The notes: generated by a model from the letters alone, not told the origin. 64,000 nt of DNA from an uncultured delta proteobacterium (GCA_963727835.1 CAVSIB010000030.1:5127-69126); one strand, 5' to 3'. Shown: positions 1 through 10,500, counted from the first letter of the stretch. Program-made: numbers and translations.

Positions 1-1
1 T

Positions 2-256
2 AATTTTTGCTGTACCGGTGGTGGCGGTGCGCTTTCTATGGTAGAGTACAAACACCTCCGGATGGAAGTGGCCAAGATCAAAGCTCAGCAGTTAATGGAT
101 ACGGGGGCAAAACAGGTCTGTACTGTTTGCCACAACTGTCTTGACAGCCTGGGGGATTTGGTCAGGCACTATAAACTTGACAGGCAGGTTGTCCAGATAT
201 TAGAATTGGTAGCAAACGCATTGGCGTTGCCCAAAAAAAGAGAAAAAGCAACATAA
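2..256 (+). CDS. C-terminal end of a CCG-domain (HdrD/GlpC-like) Fe-S oxidoreductase; the 5' end lies outside the window
   Basis: The frame is open from base 2. NFCCTGGGG...CTVCHNC fits the cysteine-rich CCG-domain pattern (CCG ... CxxC). Stop at 254-256. Confidence 0.55.
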   Translation, partial: NFCCTGGGGALSMVEYKHLRMEVAKIKAQQLMDTGAKQVCTVCHNCLDSLGDLVRHYKLDRQVVQILELVANALALPKKREKAT

Positions 257-1226
257 GCCAAAAAGAGTGAAAAATATGAATGTCATCGGGCTTTGTTCAC
301 ATTATTCATACCAGGTTGACTGGGCATTCCATTACGCCTTGACCTAGGCCAGAATGCATGATATTCAGCCCAATATCTTTCACTGAATGGATTCTCCTTT
401 TCGTTTTCGTCGAGATTTTGCTTATGCTGACGATAAAAAAAATTGGTGAGAGTTACTGATGAACTAATTGCTAAAGAAATCTGGAGTTACGCGAATATTA
501 TGCTTTTTGGGCTGAGGGTTTTGTTACAGTTGGTTTCTGGCTTTGCGAAAGCAATGAGGAATCTGAGCCTCACCCCTGTCTCCACCGCAAAGAATATGAT
601 GTCTTAGTGGTGGGCTATGCTGAACACGGTACAGACTTCGGGGGAGAACAAATTGAAAAATTCGTTTCAAAGTCTAGAACACCCGTCATTATGGTGGGTC
701 CTGATAAACCAAACTCTTATCACCTTAATCAACAAGTAGCTTGAAATAGTTGATCAGTTGAGAACCAAGGAAGGAGACTGAACCCTTATAGAGGTCTAAA
801 CGGCGACTGCCGATCAGTCCGAACGTGCATCTTTGGAAAAGGCGATTATTTAGTTTGCATCCGACCTTGAGGCAAAAAATCACCATATTCGTTTTGCCAC
901 TCCCCGAACTCTCGGCGAGTTTAGGAGAGAACAATGCTCATGCTTATAACGCTCACATCGAAACTCTGAAGGATGCCGTTTGGTTTGCGAGGTTCGCGGC
1001 TTTACAGTTTTAAAAGAAGCTTAAACTGGATACTACCGCAATGTAAGATAAGTATTGTAATCAACCTAAGTTGTTCATTTTTTCATTCCTCCTGATTTTA
1101 TAGAAAATTTTTTTACCGTCTTTTTACCAAACTGATTTTTTTATTTTTTGGGTTTAATGTAAAAAATTTGTTTTTAGAACTAAGCGGAATTTTTTGGACA
1201 AAATTACTTTGTGGGGTTGTCTTTTA

Positions 1227-2642
1227 ATGAGTGAAATTTTACTTTCTGATTTCAATTCACCAGCGCGAGAAACAACAAAAAAGTATGCCCTCCTCATTGC
1301 AACGTTGGCTTCTTTTCTCACCCCCTTTATGGGTTCTTCCGTAAATATTGCCCTTCCCGCTATCGGGAAGGAATTTTCAATGAACTCAGTTTTATTAAGC
1401 TGGATTAGCACTGCTTATCTTTTAGCAGTGGCAACACTCCTAGTGCCTTTTGGGAGGATTGCGGACATTTATGGAAGAAAGAAGATTTTCACCGTGGGCA
1501 TGCTGATTTTTTTAGTTTCCTCTTGTTTAACCGCATCGTCAACATCTGCCCAGGAGCTTATTGCCTTTAGGATTTTGCACGGAATCGGAAGTGCCATGCT
1601 CTTTAGTACCAGCGTAGCCATCCTCACCTCAGTTTACCCCTCCGAGGAACGGGGGCGGGTTTTGGGAATAAATGTTGCTTCCGTTTATTTTGGACTTTCC
1701 GTTGGCCCCTTTTTCGGAGGGTTGCTCACGGAATATTTCGGTTGGAGAAGTATCTTCCTTGCCGTAATACCCCTAGTCATAGTAATAATTTACCTGATCT
1801 TCACCAAACTGAAAGGTGATTGGGCGGAAGCCAAAGGAGAGAAGTTTGATTTTGTCGGCGCACTTATCTATTGTTTTTCTATTGTCTCGATTATGTATGG
1901 GTTTTCCCTTTTGCCTTCGGTCCTGGGTCTCGAGGTGATATTAGGGGGAATTATTGGCATTGTGGCCTTCTTGAAATGGGAGATTAGGGTTGATTATCCA
2001 GTATTAGCGATTGGTATGTTAAGAAAAAATACTGTCCTTACATTTTCAAGTTTAGCCGCTTTTATCAATTATAGTGCAACTTTTGCCACGGGTTTTATTT
2101 TAAGCCTTTACCTGCAGTATATAAAAGGTTTAAATCCTCATTATGCTGGCTTCGTTTTAATCTCCCAGCCTGTGGTGATGGCTTTGTTTTCTCCTTTTGC
2201 TGGCCGGCTCTCCGATCGGTTTGAGCCACGTATCATTGCCTCCAGCGGAATGGGATTGATCACGGCAGGCCTTTTTCTTTTTATTCTTTTGGGTGACAAA
2301 ACAACTTTAGGTTTTATCATCATTACGTTAATTTTGAGTGGTTTAGGCTTTGCTTTTTTTTCCTCTCCCAATACCAATGCGGTGATGGGTTCGGTGGAAA
2401 AAAGTTTTTTCGGAGTAGCTTCAGGACTACTCGCAACCATGCGTTCAACCGGAATGATGTTCAGCATGGGAATCACCATGGTGATCTTTGCGCTTCACAT
2501 TGGGCGGGTCGAAATCACTCCTCAATGTTATCCCCAGTTTTTAAAAAGCGTAAAAGTGATTTTTACGATCTTTACAGTTCTTTCTTTTGGAGGAATATTT
2601 GCTTCCCTGGCCAGAGGAAGGAGGGGGGGGGGAAGACATTGA
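1227..2642 (+). CDS. MFS transporter, DHA2 (EmrB/QacA-like, 14-TMS) type
   Basis: ORF track entry 1194..2642 starts at TTG; the first ATG is at 1227. It has many hydrophobic spans, an MFS motif-A-like GRIADIYGRKK, and a length of about 470 aa. Confidence 0.8.
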   Translation: MSEILLSDFNSPARETTKKYALLIATLASFLTPFMGSSVNIALPAIGKEFSMNSVLLSWISTAYLLAVATLLVPFGRIADIYGRKKIFTVGMLIFLVSSCLTASSTSAQELIAFRILHGIGSAMLFSTSVAILTSVYPSEERGRVLGINVASVYFGLSVGPFFGGLLTEYFGWRSIFLAVIPLVIVIIYLIFTKLKGDWAEAKGEKFDFVGALIYCFSIVSIMYGFSLLPSVLGLEVILGGIIGIVAFLKWEIRVDYPVLAIGMLRKNTVLTFSSLAAFINYSATFATGFILSLYLQYIKGLNPHYAGFVLISQPVVMALFSPFAGRLSDRFEPRIIASSGMGLITAGLFLFILLGDKTTLGFIIITLILSGLGFAFFSSPNTNAVMGSVEKSFFGVASGLLATMRSTGMMFSMGITMVIFALHIGRVEITPQCYPQFLKSVKVIFTIFTVLSFGGIFASLARGRRGGGRH

Positions 2643-2931
2643 AAGGCATTAAATAAGAGCCTATTTTCAAAGAACAAAAGAATTTATTGGTTCAGTTTCC
2701 TACGCCATCCCAAACTAGGGCGAGGAGACCTATTACCGCATTGTTTATTTTAGAACAGAGAAACTCAGGAATTCCGACAAATGCTTTGCAAAGGCCACGA
2801 TTATTCGCCAGATCGTTGCATATTCTTTCGCGCGGTGAGCGCGAAGCAGTCACTTCCAATCATATTACAAGATAACTCAAATCTTCCTTTGAGGCTAAAA
2901 TTTCCCCGGCCGTTCATCAACAGAAGTGTGT

Positions 2932-3291
2932 TTAAGGCAGTTCGGTCTTGGTCACTGCTTCAGCCTTAACGCGGTCAAGGAGTTCGGAAAGCACGGGCTT
3001 GACATTTTCCCGAATATCTCCAGCCACCACAATAAAAAGCAGGTCATCTCCTGGGTGCAACCTTCCCGCACGGCACTCAATAAGAATTTTATAAATCCCG
3101 GGCTTTTGTGAATACTCCTTGCGTAAAGTCTCAACTCTATGCGCATCCACCGCGACATCAATGTAAGTAACGGTCTTATGGTCTTGGCGTGACCAGCCGC
3201 GGACCACCCCATTATGAACCAAAACCATACCAACATTTTTTGAAAACCCCGGCTCTTTTTTCATCTCCGCAATGACCTTGCTAATATCCAT
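2932..3291 (-). CDS. MoaE-like (molybdopterin synthase catalytic subunit fold) protein
   Basis: The 119-aa ORF is collinear, from memory, with the MoaE core: G.V..F.G.VR ... G.L.PGD...F..V ... D..K......K.E. The canonical SAHR is replaced by GDIR. Confidence 0.5.
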   Translation of the reverse strand: MDISKVIAEMKKEPGFSKNVGMVLVHNGVVRGWSRQDHKTVTYIDVAVDAHRVETLRKEYSQKPGIYKILIECRAGRLHPGDDLLFIVVAGDIRENVKPVLSELLDRVKAEAVTKTELP

Positions 3292-3566
3292 GGATGCCTT
3301 CGGTGCTGAGAATTCAACTTATCTAGGAGCGGAGGCTATCCCCGCCCACGGGCGAACATAAACTTGCTTCTTCATTTCTATTGATTTTTTCCATCATCCA
3401 AAATGGTTCTACCGTAACTTCTTGGGGCTGTCAAAAGCTTCTGATTGTGCCGATAACTTTTCCTTGCCATATTTTGCCATTTTGCTAAACTAAAAAATAT
3501 TTGCTCTGATAAATTACTCATTTCAACCATGAGACCCTTTTCATTTTCTTCAACCGTAAGAACAAA

Positions 3567-5135
3567 ATGAATCAATTGACATTTAATGAAAAAGATCTTA
3601 GGCAAATGAAGGCTCTGGCAATCACAGAGAAAAAGGTTCGAGCCCAAATCGCGATTTTTAAACGGGGAAGCTTTTTCCAAAAACTCATTCGCCCCTGCAC
3701 TCTCGGTGACGGGATAATCAGCATTTCGGAAAAAGAAATCCCGCAATTGCTCAGAAAACACCAGGAGGAGGGTGCCTACCAAGGAAGACTTCTCAAGTTT
3801 GTGCCTGCTTCAGGAGCGGCAAGCCGTATGTTTGATGTGCTGATGAAGTACTTAAAAAGTGATTCGCGCGTGCACCGAAAGGAAATTATCCAGAGGGCTG
3901 GTGCTGGCGATCAAGAAGCTAAAGAGGTGCTTTCTTTCGTTGATGGCATCAAACGGTTTGCTTTTTATGATGACCTAAAAAGCGTGCTGGCCCGAATGGG
4001 ATTAATGGTAGATGATTTATTAGCCCAATGTGAGTACACACACCTCATCGAGGCTTTAGTAACTGATCGCGGTCTTAACTATGCTAATCTTCCGAAAGGG
4101 CTACTCAAGTTTCACGCTTATCCTGAGGGTTGCCGGACGGCTTTAGAGGAACACTTGGTAGAGGCAATAGCGTATGTTCAAGACCAAACAGGGATTTGCC
4201 GGCTCCATTTTACGGTTTCTCCAGAACATCAAGAGCGATTCATGCACCATTTCGAAGCAGTGAGAGCGCACTATGAAACAAAATACCGCGTCCGCTTTCA
4301 CGTAGATTTTTCAATCCAAAAACTTTCAACCGACACGATCGCTGTGGATATGAACAATGAACCTTTTCGGGGAAAAGATGGAAAACTCGTTTTCCGGCCT
4401 GGAGGACATGGCGCGCTGATTGAAAATTTAAATGATATCCAGGGAGATATAATTTACATAAAAAATATCGACAACATTGTTCCCGATCCCCTCAAAGGAG
4501 AAACCTTTCTCTGGAAAAAAATTTTAGGGGGACTCCTCATACAAATTCAGGAAAAAATTTTTACGTATTTAAAGAAGCTTGAGCGTCAGAAAGAAAACAA
4601 AGTAGTTGAAGAAGCCTTCGAGTTTGCCGAAAAACAGCTTTTTATCCCCCCCCCAAAGAAAAAGCTGGGGTCAAAAAACGAAATACGGGAGTTTCTTTTA
4701 AAAAAATTTAATCGTCCTATCCGAATCGGCGGCATGGTAAAAAATCAAGGTGAACCAGGAGGGGGACCGTTCTGGGTGCAAGGGGAAAATGGTTCTTTAT
4801 CTCTCCAAACGGTGGAACACGCCCAGGTTGATATGAAATCAGCTGAACAGCAAAAAATATGGGGTATGGCAACGCATTTCAGCCCCGTAGATTTTGTCTG
4901 CGGAGTCCGGGATTATAAAGGAAATCCCTTTGACCTTAAGCGTTACGTAGACCAGGATGCAGTTTTTATTTCTCGAAAATCAAAAGATGGCCGAGCCTTA
5001 AAAGCCTTGGAACTTCCCGGCCTCTGGAACGGGGGCATGGCTGACTGGATTACTATTTTTGTTGAAGTTCCGCTGATTACTTTTAATCCGGTTAAAACCA
5101 TCAATGATCTGCTTCGCAAGGAGCATCAACCCTAA
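3567..5135 (+). CDS. DUF4301-like protein with UDP-sugar-pyrophosphorylase-like motifs
   Basis: The 522-aa ORF carries PASGAASRMF and FRPGGHGAL motifs typical of UDPGP-type nucleotidyltransferases. It lies next to sugar-nucleotide genes. Confidence 0.45.
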   Translation: MNQLTFNEKDLRQMKALAITEKKVRAQIAIFKRGSFFQKLIRPCTLGDGIISISEKEIPQLLRKHQEEGAYQGRLLKFVPASGAASRMFDVLMKYLKSDSRVHRKEIIQRAGAGDQEAKEVLSFVDGIKRFAFYDDLKSVLARMGLMVDDLLAQCEYTHLIEALVTDRGLNYANLPKGLLKFHAYPEGCRTALEEHLVEAIAYVQDQTGICRLHFTVSPEHQERFMHHFEAVRAHYETKYRVRFHVDFSIQKLSTDTIAVDMNNEPFRGKDGKLVFRPGGHGALIENLNDIQGDIIYIKNIDNIVPDPLKGETFLWKKILGGLLIQIQEKIFTYLKKLERQKENKVVEEAFEFAEKQLFIPPPKKKLGSKNEIREFLLKKFNRPIRIGGMVKNQGEPGGGPFWVQGENGSLSLQTVEHAQVDMKSAEQQKIWGMATHFSPVDFVCGVRDYKGNPFDLKRYVDQDAVFISRKSKDGRALKALELPGLWNGGMADWITIFVEVPLITFNPVKTINDLLRKEHQP

Positions 5136-5354
5136 ATATTATTAACTCTCCCCGCAAATATCCCAAGATTGACACAAACCTCTTTTTAGGATATTTAAAC
5201 ACTCAAACCCCTTCATGCAACGCTTGAAAATAATTCTTAGCACAATAATCAAAAGATTGATTCTGCTGGTGCTGGAGAAGGTTTTAACAACATAATTGCT
5301 CAGATAGGGCTTGGGTTGTATTACCAACAATATTGCGCAATAGAGAGGTGACTG

Positions 5355-6486
5355 ATGAACCGTGCGCTTATCACCGGCATAACCGGCCAAGATGGCTCGT
5401 ATCTCGCCGAACTGCTTCTTAAAAAAGGTTACGAAGTTCATGGGCTCATCCGGCGGGCCAGCACGTTTAATACCGAACGCATCGAACACATCTACCAAGA
5501 CCCGCATGACCCGAAGGCGCGTATCTTTCTTCATTACGGAGATTTATCTGATGCTGGCCAGCTCACCAACCTCATCTATAACATCCAGCCCGAAGAAATC
5601 TACCACCTGGCGGCCCAGAGCCATGTGCGGGTGAGTTTCGATATCCCTGAATACACCGGTGATGTGGTGGGATTAGGAACCACCCGTATTTTGGAGGCAC
5701 TGCGCCGCAGCGGCTTAAAATCACGTTTCTACCAGGCTTCGTCTTCGGAAATGTTTGGCAATTCCCCGCCCCCGCAGACTGAGGAAACCCCCCTTACCCC
5801 CCGAAGCCCCTATGCGGCGGCCAAAGTTTATGCTTTTCACATGGTAAAAAACTACCGGGAAGGATACGGGCTTTTTGCCACCAATGGGATTCTTTTTAAC
5901 CACGAATCCCCCCGCCGGGGGGAAACACTTCGTAACCCGGAAGATCACCCGCGCCGTTGCCCGCATCCGGTACGGGTTTAATGAATGTCTGTTTCTGGGA
6001 AATTTGGAAGCCCGGAGAGACTGGGGATACGCTCCCGATTATGTCGAGGCCATGTGGAAAATGTTACAGTGGGAGAAACCGGAAGATTTTGTGATCGCTA
6101 CCAGTGAGAATCATTCAGTGCGTGAATTTTGCGAACGCGCTTTTCAAGAAGCGGGCATAGAAATCCTCTGGCAAGGACAGGGGGTTGAAGAAGTGGGAAT
6201 ACTCGGGGGTTTTAAAAAACCATCTTCAGTACCCTCTTCCGGCACTGTTTTTCCTGCTGAAGGCTCAACCATTGTGCGCATAGACCCCCGTTACTTTCGC
6301 CCTACGGAAGTGGATAACTTACGAGGTGATGCCGCGAAAGCCAAAAAAATTCTGGGCTGGGAACCCAAAACAACCTTTAAAGAATTGGTGAAGATCATGG
6401 TCTCCGAAGATATCCAGGCCCTCATTAACCTTCAGCGGTGCCAGGATGTTATCCACACGATCATTACGAGGGAAAACAGCACGTAG
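5355..6486 (+). pseudogene. gmd: GDP-mannose 4,6-dehydratase interrupted by a single-nucleotide frameshift near 5926-5930
   Basis: ORF 5355..5981 reads [17 protein letters not shown]...[14 protein letters not shown] 5875..6486 in the next frame continues [13 protein letters not shown]...RDWGYAPDYVEAMW. Together they are collinear with Gmd; gaa aca C ttc gta shows one extra base. Confidence 0.85.
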
Positions 6487-6533
6487 CGGTGAGCTACTTT
6501 TCCCGGAAATTACTTTTTATTTTCTGAATCCCT

Positions 6534-7574
6534 ATGGAAAAAACATCCCGCATCTACATTGCCGGCCACAAAGGACTTGCTGGTTCAGCTATTCTCCGGA
6601 AGCTTCAGGCGGAAGGTTTTACTGATCTCATCACCCGCACTCATGAAGCATTAAACCTGGAACACCAAGGAAATGTTGAAGCTTTTTTTAAGGCAGAAAC
6701 TCCGGAGTATGTTTTTCTTGCCGCCGCCAAGGTCGGAGGGATTTTGGCCAATAGCACCTTTCCCGCTGAATTCATCCATAAAAACTTAGCGATTCAAGCT
6801 CATGTCATTCATTCTTCATACCTCTATGGAGTCAAAAAACTCCTTTTTCTCGGAAGCTCCTGTATTTACCCTAAGCACTGCCCCCAACCAATGAAAGAAG
6901 AATACCTTCTTTCTGGCTTTCTGGAGACTACCAACGAACCGTATGCAATTGCCAAAATCGCTGGAATTAAAATGTGTCAATCATACAATCGCCAATATGG
7001 TACCAATTTTATCAGTGTGATGCCGACGAACCTTTACGGTCCGCAGGATAACTTTGATCTGGAAACCTCTCATGTCTTACCCGCGCTCATGCGAAAATTT
7101 CATCTCGCAAAATTAGCGGCCACAAACTGCTTCGAGGCTCTACAACAAGACGAATCCTCTTTCGGCCTCATCCCCTTGGACATTAAAACTTCTCTCGGTT
7201 TAACGGAAAAAACCACCATGAAAGCAACTAAAGCACAACCAACAGTCATGCTCTGGGGTTCGGGAACCCCGCGAAGAGAGTTCCTCCATGTGAATGATCT
7301 TGCTGATGCTTGCCTTTTCCTTATGAACAATTATGATGAAAACGAGATTATCAATATTGGTGTTGGTGAAGATTTTACTATTCGCGAACTCGCTGAGGTG
7401 ACTGCAAAAATCGTAGGATTTCAAGGAGAACTCCTATGGGACACGTCCAAACCAGATGGGGCACCACAGAAACTTCTTGATATCTCGCGACTCAACCAGC
7501 TTGGTTGGAAGGCAAAAATAAGGTTAGAACAGGGTATCGCCACAACCTATAGGTGGTATGTGAACCCTATTTAA
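6534..7574 (+). CDS. fcl: GDP-L-fucose synthase (GDP-4-keto-6-deoxymannose epimerase/reductase)
   Basis: The 346-aa ORF reads IYIAGHKGLAGSAI...AAAKVGGI...LGSSCIYPK...NEPYAIAKIAG...WGSGTPRREFLHV, collinear with E. coli Fcl. Confidence 0.9.
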   Translation: MEKTSRIYIAGHKGLAGSAILRKLQAEGFTDLITRTHEALNLEHQGNVEAFFKAETPEYVFLAAAKVGGILANSTFPAEFIHKNLAIQAHVIHSSYLYGVKKLLFLGSSCIYPKHCPQPMKEEYLLSGFLETTNEPYAIAKIAGIKMCQSYNRQYGTNFISVMPTNLYGPQDNFDLETSHVLPALMRKFHLAKLAATNCFEALQQDESSFGLIPLDIKTSLGLTEKTTMKATKAQPTVMLWGSGTPRREFLHVNDLADACLFLMNNYDENEIINIGVGEDFTIRELAEVTAKIVGFQGELLWDTSKPDGAPQKLLDISRLNQLGWKAKIRLEQGIATTYRWYVNPI

Positions 7575-7663
7575 GAACTAAGGATTCGCTTCTTTTTAAA
7601 ACCGGCAATAGTAAACAACTGCTAACAATATTTCAATACTGTTGTTTAAAGCAAATAAAAAAG

Positions 7664-7697
7664 GGGCTTACACATAACTGCTATAACGTGCAAGCCC
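7664..7697 (-). terminator. Hairpin with a U-tract only on the minus-strand transcript
   Basis: gggcttacac (7664-7673) pairs with gtgcaagccc (7688-7697). The single mismatch is A-C on the plus RNA but G-U on the minus RNA. The minus strand then continues CTTTTTTATTT. Confidence 0.45.
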
Positions 7698-8044
7698 TTG
7701 GTTTATCCGGGATCGGGATGAAAAACTTTACTTCAAAGGTTGTCCCTTGCTAACCTTGGACGTTTGCGGGTAGGCAGAGAGGAACCGTGCTGGTGCATGT
7801 GCCTCCCCATACATGAGATACTGTCGTCTCAGGCTTGTCCACAAAATCACCTTAATGGATTTTTGCTGATCTCAATAATACTCAGAGAAGCATTCCGGTC
7901 AGCATCAACTAAGACATAGGCAACTCTCAATTTTACTATACTGCAACGGAACGTAATTCCAAATAAATCTTAAAAACTCCTTTTGTTGAATAGGGTAAAA
8001 AAATTAATCCGCCTCTACGAAATACTTATTAACTCAATTCTCGC

Positions 8045-8073
8045 TTGACAGAAAAAAATAATTCTACTAATAA
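8045..8073 (+). promoter_or_regulatory. Sigma70-like promoter upstream of plsY
   Basis: TTGACA (8045-8050), a 17-nt spacer, then TAATAA (8068-8073), about 45 nt upstream of the plsY start. Confidence 0.45.
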
Positions 8074-8119
8074 GGAAAAAGTAATTTTTTTCGATTAACG
8101 TGAATTGTACGGAGGACAC

Positions 8120-8722
8120 GTGGTCTTAAACATAGGACTTGTTCTTGTATCCTATCTTATCGGTTCAATCCCCACGGGTTTACTTTTTGGCCGGGCGTTT
8201 GCAAAAATCGACATTCGGGAGTATGGAAGCCATAACATCGGCGCAACTAATGTTTACCGGAGCACAGGAAAAACGTTGGGGATATTAACGCTTTTGGGAG
8301 ACACTTTAAAAGGCTTTTTGCCGGTTTATCTGGTCTGGACAATAACCGGATCAGAAACCTGGGCTTTTCTTTCTGCTTTAGCAACTTTTTTGGGGCATCT
8401 CTATCCCGTTTACCTTAAATTTTCTGGGGGAAAAGGAGTTGCAACCGGGCTTGGGGTCTTTTTGTTTTTGGCTCCCAAAGCGCTTATTTTCTGCCTCGGA
8501 ATTTTTTGTATTGTTCTTGCATTATGTCGCTACGTTTCCCTCAGCTCCATGTCCGCTGCTCTTGCGTTGCCGCTGCTCATGATTTTTTCACCCCATCCCT
8601 ACCCCCGGCTTTATAGTGCAACTGCGGTTCTTTTAGCTATTATGATTATTTTTCGGCACAAAGAAAATATCAAAAGAATTATTAAAGGCGAAGAACACAA
8701 AATCGGCAGTAAAAAAGGCTAA
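8120..8722 (+). CDS. plsY: Glycerol-3-phosphate acyltransferase PlsY
   Basis: SYLIGSIPTGLL...YGSHNIGATNVYR...LGDTLKG is collinear with PlsY. GTG at 8120 follows a GGAGGA site; the ORF track starts at TTG 8105. Confidence 0.9.
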   Translation: MVLNIGLVLVSYLIGSIPTGLLFGRAFAKIDIREYGSHNIGATNVYRSTGKTLGILTLLGDTLKGFLPVYLVWTITGSETWAFLSALATFLGHLYPVYLKFSGGKGVATGLGVFLFLAPKALIFCLGIFCIVLALCRYVSLSSMSAALALPLLMIFSPHPYPRLYSATAVLLAIMIIFRHKENIKRIIKGEEHKIGSKKG

Positions 8723-9246
8723 AGTTTCTTAAGAAGTGATTGGTGATGGCGAGTGGATTTTGGAGCTCGTTTTGCAGGGCCTTTCTTTTTTGTGCTCCTT
8801 ACATACGGCTTGTTATCCTCTTTTTCATTCACTTCACCTTTTTGATGTGAATAGTGAACTAATTCCATCTTCACAAGAAATTCCGGGGAGGAAACTACCG
8901 TACACCCTTCCAACGCACAGGAATAGCCCAAGTCACGATCAGAGGTAACCACCGTTATCTCGCCTTTTTTCTGAGCCGCGAGCCGTTTAATTACTTCATC
9001 TGCCTTCTCTCCGCGTCGGGAAAAAATAATTTCAATTCCCCCTTCCTTACCACGACGCTCAAAAATATCTCCTTCAGCCCAACCATCAAATACTACCGTA
9101 ATCGCATGATGCTTAATTCGCTGATACGCTATAAGCCTGAGCAAAAGCATTGCCCGTCCGTTTTCCAAGTCTTTTTTTTCATGGCGCAGTAATTCCGGAG
9201 ACTGGCGGATAAGATTATACCCATCAATAATGAGGTGGAGGGCCAT
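8719..9246 (-). CDS. YacP/Rae1-like NYN-domain protein
   Basis: MALHLIIDGYNLI...VVFDG...ADEVIKRL...VVTSDRDL is collinear with B. subtilis YacP. ATG at 9246 overlaps the lgt stop in a TAATG arrangement. The longer ORF to 9351 would overlap lgt. Confidence 0.75.
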   Translation of the reverse strand: MALHLIIDGYNLIRQSPELLRHEKKDLENGRAMLLLRLIAYQRIKHHAITVVFDGWAEGDIFERRGKEGGIEIIFSRRGEKADEVIKRLAAQKKGEITVVTSDRDLGYSCALEGCTVVSSPEFLVKMELVHYSHQKGEVNEKEDNKPYVRSTKKKGPAKRAPKSTRHHQSLLKKL

Positions 9247-10016
9247 TATCCCCTCTGCTGATAAGCTCTTTGTAAATAAAAGTACAAAAAAAGGGCAATA
9301 AAAAAAGTTACGAGACTCATTCCCTGTGTGAGGGAAAAAAAATGGCCCCAAAGGGGTGCGCGGGGGTCTCCTCGGAAGAATTCAATAAAAACACGGAAGG
9401 AAGCGTGAAAAATGAGATAAAAACAGGAGAGCTGACCGGAAAATTTTGTGTGCTTCCGTAAAAAAAGAAGTATGAGAAAAATGAAAAATAATCCTGCGGC
9501 TGAGTAAAGTTGCGTAGGATGGAGGGGAATGCCGGCAAGGGCAAGGGTTTTTGGATCAGTAAAGGTAACTGCCCAGGGAAGGTTAGTGGGCTTTCCATAA
9601 CAACAGCCCGCGGAAAAACACCCGATCCTTCCGAAAGCTTGCCCAAGCGCCATGTAGGGAGCAAGCACATCGAATGTCTGCCAAAAAGAAAGTTTCTTTT
9701 TTTTAACTAAAGCCCATGCAATGGGAATGGCAAAGATTAAACCACCCTGAAAGACAAGCCCCCCTTCCCAGATTTTCACGATACTCAAAAGGTTCTCTTT
9801 GTAAAAAGAAAAGTTTTGGGCAACATAAAAAATCCGGGCACCGATAATCCCTGCCAAAACCGCATAAAAAAATAGGTCAAGAACAGCTTGGGGATCAAAT
9901 CCCTTTCTGTTAGCTTCCTTTAAAGCAAGGCTTAAACCCACGAGTAATCCCAGGGCAACAAAAAGGCCGTAGGTATAAATCGTTAAAGGACCAACCTGAC
10001 ATAAAATCGGGTGCAT
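9246..10016 (-). CDS. lgt: Prolipoprotein diacylglyceryl transferase
   Basis: A 256-aa polytopic membrane ORF with a GRIGCF...G motif region (Lgt GRxGNF-type), in the conserved position after lspA. Confidence 0.9.
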   Translation of the reverse strand: MHPILCQVGPLTIYTYGLFVALGLLVGLSLALKEANRKGFDPQAVLDLFFYAVLAGIIGARIFYVAQNFSFYKENLLSIVKIWEGGLVFQGGLIFAIPIAWALVKKKKLSFWQTFDVLAPYMALGQAFGRIGCFSAGCCYGKPTNLPWAVTFTDPKTLALAGIPLHPTQLYSAAGLFFIFLILLFLRKHTKFSGQLSCFYLIFHASFRVFIEFFRGDPRAPLWGHFFSLTQGMSLVTFFIALFLYFYLQRAYQQRG

Positions 10017-10023
10017 GCTTTCC

Positions 10024-10500
10024 TCACCATTTTTTAAAAAAAATTAAAATACCTAAAAGCACTGAACCAATGGTAATTGCGGAATCAGCAACATTGAATG
10101 CAGGCCAATGGAGGGAATAATAATGGACATCAATAAAATCAATGACTCCCCCTAAACGGATCCGATCGGTGAGATTCCCGATGGCTCCCCCGATGATGAG
10201 CGCAATCCCTAAAGCTGGGGCCTTTTGGTTGGGCTTAAGTTTACAGTAAAAAAAACCTACAACCCCGATAGTAAGAAACGTAAAGAGGATAAAAAACGTT
10301 TTTAAAAAAAAACCCTTAAACTCAGAAAGAACTCCAAAAGCCACACCCATGTTTTTAATATGGGTGATATGAAAAAAGTTTGGAATTACTTGGATAGACT
10401 GATAAAGGGATACATTATGTTCTATCCAAGACTTGGATATCTGATCCAAGAATATTACCGTAAGAGAAACGGCAAGTAAAAAAAATAGTTTGGCTTTCAC
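10024..10500 (-). CDS. lspA: Lipoprotein signal peptidase (signal peptidase II)
   Basis: A 158-aa ORF with the NMGVAFG and FNVADSAI catalytic-Asp motifs, immediately downstream of ileS. Confidence 0.9.
   Translation of the reverse strand: MKAKLFFLLAVSLTVIFLDQISKSWIEHNVSLYQSIQVIPNFFHITHIKNMGVAFGVLSEFKGFFLKTFFILFTFLTIGVVGFFYCKLKPNQKAPALGIALIIGGAIGNLTDRIRLGGVIDFIDVHYYSLHWPAFNVADSAITIGSVLLGILIFFKKW

Noticed and set aside
257-1190. A gene-free 0.9-kb stretch containing a start-less open frame (about 475-768: ...EYDVLVVGYAEHGTDFGGEQIEKFVSKSRTPVIMVG...) vaguely like a universal stress protein C-terminus
   Set aside because: It has no start codon, the similarity is weak and from memory only, and the ORFs at 725-934 and 825-1013 have no features. 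It is probably decayed DNA but not supportable as a feature.
2815-2850. Degenerate copies of widespread intergenic hairpin elements (...gtgagcgcgaagcagtcac... here; ...gattgccacgaatcctttgggttctcgcaatgac at 55951-55990; gtcattcctgcaaaagcagaaatc at 59233-59256)
   Set aside because: They resemble common REP-like intergenic repeats seen in many environmental bacteria. They are short and degenerate, with no evidence of function in this window.
7090-7260. A roughly 30-residue insertion in Fcl relative to E. coli Fcl (LAATNCFEALQQDESSFGLIPLDIKTSLGLTEKTTMKATK)
   Set aside because: I believe long-loop variants of GDP-fucose synthase exist at this position. The frame is intact and the flanks are conserved, so this is most likely ordinary family variation.
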